Source: Hydrolagus affinis (taxonomy: Eukaryota). From it: 64,000 nt of DNA. The notes beneath the pieces were generated by a model. It was not told where the DNA came from. It was given only the letters and a program-made list of their open reading frames with translations, and did no database searches. Numbering within the stretch: the stretch's first letter is position 1; the number at the start of each line of letters is the position of its first letter. The stretch is from contig JAAILG010000593.1 in the NCBI GenBank assembly GCA_012026655.1, forward strand, positions 1 through 64,000, in the 5' to 3' direction. Made by a program: the position numbers and the translations under genes. This document shows, piece after piece, positions 22,873 to 33,995 of the stretch.

Positions 22873-25054
22873 TTAGGTTTATAGCACCTGCTTCAGTCCT
22901 TATTAAGCCTTTCTTTACAATGAGTATTACATAAATACAAGCATTCACCATAGTGAGTAGCCTCCATACCTTTGAAAAGCTTTACTTTCTTTGCATTTAA
23001 TATCAAAAGCAATTCTTTTTCACATTGAACTTAGTATTTTTCCCTTTGGTGTTTTGTTATAAAATGAAATTACAGTACTTCAGAATATTTTAAAACTGCT
23101 ATCTCAGTTTTCAACAACAATAATGTAGCATAATTCATCAGGCATGGAATAATTCAAGTACAGTACCATTTATCTAATTGTATTCTGAGAGATTTGGATT
23201 GATCCCTTACTTGGATATAGATGGATATAATCAGTAAATTTGAGGTCAGAATTTTAAAATGAAATCCACTGTCTACTTTATCTAAAGAATGCAATTTTGA
23301 GAATGTTTCCTATATCTAAACTGAAATGGACACTTTTAACAAGCATAATTAAGCCCAAAACTCTTGTTTGCAGAATAAAATAAGGTACTGTAGGGACAAC
23401 CTCAATGGATGACTAGAAGAAATATCATCAACAGTAAAAAGCTGCAAATTATTTTGTTTCTCTATATAAATTTATGATATCTTATCAAAATTAATTAGCA
23501 TCAAAGTAAATTTGCATTATTGAATTGGCTTGTCTTGCTATTGGTTGTTCTGATGTGTGTAACTATCTCTCTCTTCTCAAATATCAAGGATATCATTTTA
23601 GAAATGATAAGCTATTCTGTTGCCGCATTTTGGTACAAATCATTTCAGTCAGGTTGAAAGTCATTAGATTGATACTTACTGAATTAATTTGGTAAGAGCA
23701 GATAGTTCTGTTATTTTTTTACTGAGCTGTCTTTCATTCTGATCATAGAGCCTTCAACCTTCATTAACCCAGAGTTTCCACAGTGTTATTTAGCTGCCTA
23801 ATCAGATGCTACTGCAGGCACTGACAAGTTTGAATTATGCAACTGAATGCTTTATGAAATCTCTCACTGTTTTCATACTCATTGTATAGTACCTAAATTG
23901 CATACCAAAACTTTTTCCAGATTCAGTCAAACTGCATATTTCTGAGCCACTATACTGCCAAGGTCGCGTCACAATAGACTGATGTATTTGTATCCGTGTG
24001 CATGTGAATAAAATATAATGAGGCTTGAAATGTCTGTGAGACTGGGTTTCCATTTACAGACATGGTTATCACTGGAGAATCTTAATTACCACTGTTTCAG
24101 TAGTTTTTATAAAGCAGAAAAGAGGGGACGCTGGTGAAATGTAGGTGTTAATTATGGCTTGTACCTATTAGCTGTGCATAATTGGCAACAAGTACCATAA
24201 CATTGAACAATGAGAGAAGGTTGGATTATTTTATGGTGTTGTAGAAGGCACTGTTGTAGTCAGAACTGACAAATGTCAGATAACAATATTATTCTGCTTT
24301 ATATGAGATGCCAAAAATGGATCTTTGATACTTAAGAGTGCATTATTGCAATACTTTGCACAATGGAACTGTTTTCTCCAGGAATTATGTAATTAAATGC
24401 TACTGGATTCAACCAAAAATGCAAGGTCTTTTAAGTGCTGTAAATCTTCCCCACCACAAGTTTGTATTTTATTATTTATTTTTGAAGTATGAGATGTGTA
24501 CTTCAAAAACAAAAGGTTTCAACAAATTAGTGTTTTGACTTTGAGCGAGGTTAAGAGAAACCCACCAGGAGATAATTTAAGGGAATATAGGACATATTGC
24601 ACAATTGCTCAAAGGATGGAAATATGTTACTGCTCACCAATGACATGCACTGAAGGAGAAATACATTTCTTCCCTAATACGTTTCTCCCCTGGAATTGGA
24701 GCTTTCTGATGTTCTCAGCAGCGTAGTAATATCTATTTTCTCATGTCCTATATGCCTCATAGGTAGCTGCAATTATGGATTTTGCTGATCTTATACTATA
24801 CTTGGATGTATTATGCAATAGATCACAGAGTGAAGTTTGCCATAAGGTCTTGCTGATGTGTAAAAGTATTGATCATCTTCCTGTAGTATTTTTTTCAAAG
24901 AATAAATCATAAATCAATTAATAAAACCAAATAACTTAAAATGATCAATTTTTGACATTTTAAACTTTTCTGCATCACCTCTAATGTAAATCAGCATCAT
25001 ACTAATACTGATTCAGAGGATGCCTGACATTATTAAACGCCAGCATTCTTTTTT

Positions 25055-25160
25055 TCACCCACAAAATGCATGAAGTCAATTCATTTTACAGTATATTCTG
25101 TGAAGTGCTTTGAGATGTCCCGATAATAAGACGCTAAAGCAAACACAATGATTAATATTT
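25055..25160 (+). mobile_element. Deu-SINE 3' remnant
   Basis: cacccacaaaat...gtcaattcattttacagtatattctgtgaagtgctttgagatgtcc. Confidence 0.8.
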
Positions 25161-26055
25161 TTTCCCCACATTTCTTCTGTTATTCTTACTACTGTACCTA
25201 CACTTGTCTTCCCTCAGAGTGATGGCCAAAGGAATATGAGGCATCTTCGATAATTGCTAACTTTGTTTGTAGGCATCTATAGTTATTTAAGATACAAATG
25301 TAATCCAAGTATCATAAAGCTATGAACTATTATTAACTCTACGAAATCTGCCCATGTGTATACAAGTTGTGAGCTTGAATTAAAGGCACCAAGTCTTAGA
25401 ATCAGCAAGTACTTGGAATCTAGTGTCTAGCAAGCTCATTTTCTCCCTATATTTTTGCCTTTGATGTATTAATATGCTAATAGGAATTCATTGGTTATCC
25501 TGCAGAAACTAACAAAAATAGCTTCTCTTATCTCTCAAAACCGATGAGTTAAGACTTTCATGGATAAAGACAATTTAACCATGATCAAATTGTTCATACT
25601 CCAAATTCTTTCATTGCAGGACAGGGTTTTTAAAGCATTTATCACAGTTTACTTCTATATGTTTGTATAAGACGTGCAAACTTGTAAAATGCCAGGTATA
25701 GATTTCCATTCAGGGATTTATTGACACTAATGATGCTGAATCTATGCTGAAGCCCTCATGTTGAGTGGCAGTGCTTCAAATTCACTGAAGTTTTTTTTAT
25801 TGCTGTACTTTTTGATTACCTCAAGGAAGGTAGAGAATCATCATTGAAGTGAGAGCAGCATTTATAACCAAGACAAACTGAAGACACTAATGTTTCACTT
25901 AACTATCATGGTTGGAAATTCCAGCTCGGATATTATCCATTATTCCAGTTTATATTCAACCAGACTTTCTTCATCCGGTGCAAAAATAGTGGATTTAGCA
26001 CAAAGTTAGGTAATATTTTCTATAGTACTGTACAATAATATAATAATTCTGTGGA

Positions 26056-26240
26056 CAACAGCAACAAAATTACACTTGTATAGCACCTTTCATGTCAGAA
26101 GGGTGTCTCAAGGACGTGAGGGAAGACAGAGTGGGTCATGGCTTGGATGTGGGAGAGGAAAGATAGTTGCGAATTGAACAAGGTAGCTAGGTTCCTGACT
26201 GGCTCGGTGAAGTTGAGTGTGCACGGAAGGATATTGGGCT
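26056..26240 (-). mobile_element. L2 tail plus internal fragment
   Basis: caacagcaacaaaattacacttgtatagcacctttcatgtc tail. aggttcctgactggctcggtgaagttgagtgtgca is shared with the L2 piece at 57457-57490. Confidence 0.7.
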
Positions 26241-28029
26241 TGAATCATGGAGATGTGAGAATCAAGTCTATTCTGCAGTCTTTATGGACCTTTGCCCATG
26301 AAAGAGAGGAGAAAGGGTATAGTAAAGTTCATAATAGCGTATGTTTTGGATCACTGTATAGGAAGGGGTATGATTAGTTGTATAGCCTTGTCTTATTATC
26401 TTATACTAGTTAAATATGTTTCTGATACCTTATCTTCTCTGTTTTTATGTTTCATCATTTTAGTTGACATTACCAGAGAAATCTCGATTTCCAATTACTG
26501 TATCTTCAAAATTGTATTATGCTTAATTGCTTCCTGAATTTGAAGGAGCAATCATGAAAAAGGCCAGCTGGTAAAACAGAATAATTGCTGTATATCATAT
26601 GAGTCAGACTTTATTTTAAAAATTACATTGTTAAGGTTTCTCAAATACAGTACTGCTATCAGTGACTTGAAGGAAGGTTGGATCATCAGTGATATGAAGG
26701 AAGGTAGGACCCTGGTGTCTTGATGCTTCCAGTATTTGCTGACAGAGATGTTATTTGAATGTGAAAGTAGTCCAACTCAACGTTGGCCAACATTGTCTTC
26801 ATTCCTTGCTCAAAATTGGATTTCAATTTTTTTGCTGATGTGGATGAATATCAAGTGTTGGACTCCAATAGGTCTTGCTATCAATCTGCAAAGCTTGGCT
26901 AAATTTCTCACTGTAATGATTCCACTTTGTGTCTGATCACATTCATCACAGCAGTTAATATTAGAATAACCATCTTCAGCACAACCGTGATTTGTCCTCT
27001 ATTAAAATGTCACTAATCTTTGGTTTAGTTGGCTGCATCGGAGACTGTCTTTGGATATTGGATTTAGGGCGTTCAAACAATTAGAAAGAAATGAAGATTA
27101 TATTGGGCATGTTAGGGAACCAGTTATATTTGAAATGGATTACACAGCTCTCTTTTTTTTCTATTGCATATCTACAAGATAAATTTTGCCTGGCAAAAAA
27201 CATTTTCCTTTTGACATGCATCTTGAAAAGGTAAATCTACTGTGCCACAAAGATCAGTATAATTATCAGGAATTAAGTAAAGTTATTGGTTGCTGTTCTT
27301 GTTCCTACTTTCCTTCAAATCACTGAGACAGTAGCTGGAGTAAACTACCCTCTTTGGAGGAGCAATCAGATGGTCTTCCTAGTGGCTCTCAGGTGATATA
27401 CTTAGAAGCAAAATGTTGAAATCGAGTCAACTGTTTGTGTTGGTCTCAGTAGTCTTGTTTCTGAAACATACTGGTTTGTAGTATTCCAAAGCACTGCTGA
27501 TCATTAACTTGTCAATAGAACGTGAAGGAGTGGGTATTTACGACGCTTGGCTCCTGTTAACTCTGCAAGCCTGAATGAGGTCCAAGCTGCACAAGTGGTG
27601 GAAAGCTTGCCTGACAGTGCTGTCAGTGACAAGTTACTGCAGTTTTACATGGTTTAACTGAACAAATTACTCCCCACCTTGGGTGCCCAAGCCATTCTTC
27701 TCCCAATGGTTCTTGTATCTACTACTCACCACGAGTAGATAAGCAATGTATTTTCTCCAGGAAGAGAATGAGCATTCCACATGCAATGATATTATCATGG
27801 GTATTTGTTGATAAAACATATTTAAAATTCTGTCTGGTTTGGTTACTCTTAATTACATTTTTTTTGCTGATATAGGTGAATAATAAGGTAATGAGTTTTT
27901 CTCTTTTCCTGCACCCGATTGACCAACAAAAATGTAAAGATTGACCAACAAAAATCGTAGAGTTTAGTGATATGAATCGACATTTTTTTTTAACTGCTCT
28001 CAATCTTTGATTCAAGCATCCCAACTCAG

Positions 28030-28290
28030 GTAGCACATCTGAGTTAGGATGGGAAAAGAGGAGAAAATCAGATAAGCCTACAATTCCTGTTGACTATTTA
28101 GAGATTGTTACGAGAAGATGGGTTTATGCAGCTATTGGTGAGGACAGGATCCTGTTGATAACCTCCCCCACTCTTGCTCTTCCTCCCCTGTGACTCAATA
28201 GCTCACCCATGCTCATTGTGATTGTTTACAGATGAACAGCAGCCACATGTGAGAGGCACCCATTGCACATGAAACTGCCTGCCATTAGAA
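28030..28290 (+). mobile_element. Ancient SINE remnant (AmnSINE2-like, from recalled consensus)
   Basis: gaggagaaaatcag...ggtgaggacaggatc...caatagc...ctcattgt...atgaacagcagccac. Related to 53655-53935. Confidence 0.45.
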
Positions 28291-29694
28291 ATACTGTATG
28301 AAGGTAGATAAACAACATCACAATTAGAGACAAACTATTGCAGGAAAAAATTAAAAGTTTTAAATCTGAATTTAAAAAAACCTGCATATTTCTAATGTCT
28401 TAACTTTTAAAAATAAAGCAGTTCGGACCTCCCCTTGTGGGGAGATTTGTACAGATTTACGGCTAACATTTATTGGCACAGCACTTTAACACACTAATGC
28501 GGTCTACCATCAGGATATGAAGAATGTACTACCTAACATAACAATGATTAAGGAACATTACTGTAGTGCAGGGTTGGGGGGAAGAGAACTACCACGTTCC
28601 AGATTCAGTTGTGGTTTTCAGTTTTCACTCATGCACAATTTTGTTTGCGATGAATACCTATCTTCATTAGCAATAAGTAGTTGAATCTTAAAAATTAACA
28701 TATACATTATCTTCTTTCTATTTTTACAAACTAGATTTCCTGTTCTTTCATCTTGAGCAATATTGTCCTCATTACTGTAAGACAGACTTTGCTCTATTGT
28801 ATCTATGAAAAGTTTTGCTGTATCCAAAGCACTTCAGGTCGCGGTTTGTAAATACTGTGAATGCTTTTATGCATTCATATATGGAGTATTTAGTTGGATC
28901 AACATTATGATCTCATAATCATTCATAGAAAACAACACTGTTCTTTTTTCTCTCCCTTGAAAGCTCTCAAAAGAGCTTTTCCAATAATGACAAATATGTA
29001 ATTCAGAGTTTACAGCAAGAGGACATACAATTTCCAAATGTTTGTGTCAAAACTGTATGTGTACAGTGGAATTTGATGAGATATTGAGATGTTCAACAGA
29101 AAAAGTATGATTTTATATTAATAGCAACACCATCATATTGAAATTTCAGATGCAAATAGAAACTGAAAACACACAAATCCCTTGGGTATTCTTAACTGTG
29201 AAAATTGAGTGAAGAGCTTTTGTCTAAGAATATTAATGTATCCAAAGCAGTTGGCATTGAGTCATGATCAAAGCTTCAAATTGCTTATCCTATCTATGTT
29301 ACAAGGCGAAGGCAAATACATGGGAACCTTGTTATAACATGATCATCTGGGTCTGATAGTTGAAAGACAGTTACAGGCAAAGCACTAACAAATAATTAAC
29401 TTTCACGTCATTTGGTCACACTGGCATGTGCAGGAAGTGTGTCTCCTGTCAGTCTCTATGCTTGAGCTCGACGTACAAAAACAATACTGATGTCACTTCC
29501 TTCTCAATCTCACAGCAACAACATTCCCCTTGACCCAGGGTGAATGACCAGGAGCTTCTTCAGCCATGTTTCCTACACATAGCGCACATACAGAGTGCAC
29601 AGCAAGTGAATTCAGCCAAATGTGTTCTATTTGGTGTGGGTCCATAGGACTCCAGCACAATAATCAATAAAGTAGTTCTATACTGGGAGGGTAT

Positions 29695-29765
29695 TACAAC
29701 AGCAACAACACAATAAATTACACCTGATAGTGCCTTTCAAATGGGAAAGGTGTCCCAGGGTGCAG
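29695..29765 (-). mobile_element. L2-type 3' tail
   Basis: caacagcaacaac...aaattacacctgatagtgcctttca...gtgtcccagggtgc. Confidence 0.6.
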
Positions 29766-30289
29766 CTGTAATAATAATCCTTATAATCTTTAAATCCTGT
29801 GCACCTACTAGTTGCTAGCTCCAAATCAGGATTGTTAAGAGGCAGGCAGAAACCATAAGGCACAGGAAATAAATAAAAATAAAATAAATCTGGGATGTCA
29901 GTTGACTCATTGCTCACCATGTACAAATAGTGCAGAGCAGCAATCAACTAGGCAAGCAGAATACTGTACTGAATTGCCAAATCGATAGATGCAGCTTCCC
30001 AGAAGTTATCTGCTGGAAGTAGTTACCTGAGTGCTTGAGTTTGTGCACACACATTCGTACGTCTTGCGCCTGGAATCCATGTTGATTGGCCTGTAGAGAG
30101 GCAAGCAACTGCTACTTAAACTTACCACTCCAATTAGTGGAACAAGCACTCAATGGAAGTTGATGTGTGCCTGAGCAGCAGACAGGAAGTCATTGGCAAT
30201 GCTCTCTCCCACTTCATGCTCAGATGCATTGCTCATTGGGAAGCTCGCAGGTTGTTCCTTGTTCCTACTAAGCACCTAGTGAGGGCTCA

Positions 30290-30865
30290 AACCCATGCAT
30301 GTCAGTGGTTGAACGACAAACTAGTGACTATCCTCCTTTGGGGGAGAGGTAAGCGTGGTCTTATTAAAGCTAACTGGCTCCAAGATGATATGCCTAGCAG
30401 TGGAATGTCAGAATTGAGCCAGCCCTCTGTGGTAGTCTCGGAAGTCCGGTTCCTCAGCTACGCAGGTCCGAAGTATTCCAGCACCGCCCCACTGGTCATC
30501 AGTAGGGCCTGGAAGGGCAGACCAGTCTTTTGGGGAGTCATCTCACTCAGCTCCTGTTAACCCTGCAAGTCAAAGCCGCAACAGGTAGGGTGGCCTTAGC
30601 TGTACAAGCAGCGAGAATGTTGCCGGACAGCAATATCAACGGCAAGTTATGCAGTTTTAGCTGGCTACACTCTAGCAATACCCTGGGTCCACAAGCCTTG
30701 GCTCCACTTTCAGATTTGGGTAAGCAGGATGCATCTCTCTAAGAAGGTGCACATTTCATTCCAACAATCTATCTCTGGGATTTCCATGTCTAGGTGAGAT
30801 GTTTGATTGAGATTTTCTTAAACATGGTGATGGGTTTCCATGTGTCAGAAACAGGGCTGATCCCC
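30290..30865 (+). mobile_element. Unclassified interspersed repeat, copy A
   Basis: Colinear with the reverse complement of 58238-58790 (e.g. ggaatgtcagaat..agccagccctctgtggtagt; cctggaagggcagaccagtc; actcag.tcctgttaa.cctgcaag). Confidence 0.85.
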
Positions 30866-31269
30866 AAAAAATTTTGAGAATTTCGAGCTGAGTGAGATGA
30901 CTTACAGGCCAAACATTGAAGTACTGTACTAATTGAAGTTATCATTTCTGCAACACACAAGGGTTGCTCAGACCCTAGAGACACTGAAAACAAAACTCAT
31001 ACCTAGTCTTACAGAGATAAGCTTACAAGGGATGACACAATAAGGTAGGGCTCTTTAGTTTTGAAAAGCTAAATATCACAAAGACATTATACAGGTTCAA
31101 AGATGCTAGATGGGAACAAAAAACTCTTGAACATTGAACTTTCTGATGTGCCTGCCGTGCTGCCAGGACAGAAGCGCATGGGCTACAGGCAATTTTAGGA
31201 CAGATTCCAGGATGTATTTATTGACACAGAATAATCAACAGGTTACCTGATTGAGTGAATGAAATCAGG

Positions 31270-31440
31270 TATCATTGGCTGGGATGCTGAGTGCAACTCC
31301 CTTCTCATTTCTAGTAGTGCCAAGAAATCTTCAGCATCCACCTAAACAGGCATACAGACCATCGGTTTAAACATCCTAACTAATAATGCAGACTGCTTGA
31401 ATATTGATTTGGAGTGTTAGTTGAGACTCTGTTGGGAGTT
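31270..31440 (-). mobile_element. Old SacSINE1-like Deu-SINE remnant
   Basis: aactccc...tagtgccaagaaatcttcagcatccacctaaacaggcatacagaccatcggtttaaacatc is the reverse complement of the Deu 5' region. Confidence 0.65.
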
Positions 31441-32009
31441 CACAAAAAATATTTATTCAGTTTGCTAATTTTCAGGATTATAATCAGATTTCCAGGCAAA
31501 ATAATTGTTGAACATCATGAGATGAGGCTCTTCATTTTTCTGTGAGAGATGCCATAATCACTAGAGCACATATTGTTTCCCAGATGCTCTTTCCATTTCC
31601 AGTGTAGAATATTTTAAGCAACCCGCAGTCTGTTGCAAGACTGCTCTGTGGGACTACAGGTCGGTTCTGAACAGAACTAATTGTGATATTTACAAAGGCC
31701 AAGCCATCCGGGTGGGGATGCTTCAAAAGAGATGTGAGCACATAGTAAGGTTTCTGTTGATTGGCAGAAGATCCATGAGTGTACTCTGGTGCATTTTGAT
31801 CCATGTCACGTTATCCTTGCCAGTGTATTGCCTGGACAGAAGATCCCATAGACACGCTATTGGAAAGTGCTCGGAACATTCTGAGAGAATAATGTCCATA
31901 GAGTTTTCTTACACCATGCTATAGGAAGGCATAATTGAAGGCATAATTATCTGCTACATAAATCAATTTGTTGCAATGCGAGGCTCTGCTTACTGCGCTC
32001 TCGTGTTGT

Positions 32010-32171
32010 CTGTGGCTGTTTGCGGGACATCGCAGTGCCCAAATTGGCTGCTGAATTTGCCCCACAAAACACAGTCATTACACTTTATTGTATATCCTGT
32101 GAAGCGCTTTGAGATATCTCGATGACTCGATATGGTCCTATATCAAATGCAAGGATTATTATTATTATTAA
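32010..32171 (+). mobile_element. tRNA/Deu-SINE 3' half
   Basis: gctgtttgcgggac...aaattggctgctg...gtgaagcgctttgaga...aaatgcaaggattattattatta. Confidence 0.85.
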
Positions 32172-32544
32172 TGTGAATGGATAAGAAACGTCTAGAGTCT
32201 GAGGAGATTGGTGGGGGCTGGGAACCCAAAAATGTTGTACTCACAAGCAAAATTTTCCACTGGAAAAACATATCAATATGTTTTACAATCACAGCTCGAT
32301 TTATTTAATGTGTGCCTGGTGTTATGGAGGCATGCTTCAATGCTGTACATCTACTTGACAAATGTATGTTTCGGGAAATTGCTGTTCATATATTATCTTG
32401 CTGTCTGTTTGATTTGAGATTATCTATTCCCTTGTTCTTGCTCATTTTGTATGTCCATTTCTCTTCTACTATGTTTTATCTAATTTCACTCATTTCATTC
32501 CTCCATGCCACTGGTGTCAATTATTTATTTTTCCACGCTGAGCA

Positions 32545-32782
32545 AGAATCTGCCGGTCCTCAGGTGGATGCTAATGATCCCATGGCATTGGGAGTTTCTC
32601 CCTACATCCCCAACCAATCCCTCGTAAATTAATAGGTTAGCTGTTTGGGGGATTTTGCTTGCTGGGGTAAGTAGCTGTGCATGTTTCCTTATTTAAAAAA
32701 TGACCTTAATTGTTAATAAGTACTTCTGAGACACTATGAGATGTTTCAACGTGATAAGGTGCTTTAAAAATGAAACTTGTTT
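32545..32782 (+). mobile_element. Old Deu-SINE (SacSINE1/AmnSINE1-like)
   Basis: ctcaggtggatgctaatgatcccatggca...gctgtttgggggattttgct...aaggtgctttaaaaatgaaact. Confidence 0.7.
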
Positions 32783-33562
32783 CATTCCTCCCCCTACATT
32801 CTCTATTGTTATATCAAGAAAATGAAATGATATGAAAATAAAATGATTATTTACACAAATAAACTTTTAAGAGAAACAAAAACTCCAAATTGTACACTTT
32901 CTGGCAGATCAGGACCAGACATTTAATATTTATTTTATTGTAAGCACTTCCTAAAATGTACTGTCAGAGCCCCATGGTTGCTTGTATCCATACAATCATC
33001 AGTGTTAATCTCAAATCAAACAGACATCTTGTTGTCATCAGTGTTACAAGATGCACCTTAACAAATAGGCAATTGTTAGCAACTCTTAGTTGTCAGATTG
33101 TTTGTTGACATCATTTGCTGCTCACAGGAAGCCGGATGTCATTCTCACAAGTGTTTCCAGGTGTTGCTAATATTCTACTGTAGGCCAAGAGATCTGAATC
33201 ATCTGTATTCTCTTGCCAGAAAGTCAGCATTGGAAGTGCACACTAACCATTTATTTAATGTACAGAAGTTTAAGATTGTGTCTTTTTTCAATTAAAAAAA
33301 ATAGCGGTAGATGTATGTTTTTGGATTGCAAATGTACTGAAGATCATAACAATTTAAATTGTTGGAAATAATGTGGATTGTCATGAGAATTCCATTGAAG
33401 GGAATTAAACTGATCTTTTAGAAAGGTGCAAATCAGCAGGCTCAGTATGTCAGCAGTGTTGGCTGCCTTGTTGGAGGCTCTGGGTTTTCAATTGAAGAGA
33501 GCTGCCCCCGCATCTACACAGAGAGATCACAAGCTCTCTCTGCCAGTGAGGCTGCACCTTCT

Positions 33563-33592
33563 GTTGCTTAGCAACTGGATCAAAATGGTGGC
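33563..33592. promoter_or_regulatory. Candidate RFX X-box plus YY1-like motif
   Basis: GTTGCTTAGCAAC at 33563-33575 followed by AAAATGGTGGC at 33582-33592. Motif match only. Confidence 0.3.
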
Positions 33593-33970
33593 CTTTTATT
33601 TTTAATTTACAGCATAGTTAAACCCAGGAGCGTGTGTGGGTTGGAAAAGGAAGTATTCGAATAGGTGGATGGGCAGGCAGGGAGTGTACGTAAGAGCTGC
33701 AATTTGTTGTACATTAGTGACATTTGTTAAAGGAGGTTCAGTTTTTTTAAATCTCAAAACACAATAGACCTGTTCAGTATCACATGTTATGGAGCATTGA
33801 GACCATTCTTGCACTCAACAAATGGTATGAGAACCAACCTATGTAAGGACACACGTACTGAATGAGACAATATGCTCTTGGCATATTATATTCACTTGTA
33901 AATTAATCTGTAGGCACGTTTTACAGTGATTCATGGGGTGCATCTGCTCATGGTGAGATAAACTCAGGAA

Positions 33971-33995
33971 ATTCTGTCATAATTTATGACAGAAT
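33971..33995. repeat. 25-bp palindrome (12-bp arms, 1-nt spacer)
   Basis: attctgtcataa-t-ttatgacagaat. Confidence 0.9.

Noticed and set aside
27320-27640. LF-SINE copy
   Set aside because: Only scattered short motifs, not clearly colinear; too weak without an HMM search.
30153-30560. 135-aa ORF, paralogous in part to 58423-58707
   Set aside because: The shared peptide (GMSE.SQPSVVV) reflects DNA similarity of the repeat copies; the frame is not conserved beyond short blocks and no domain is recognisable.
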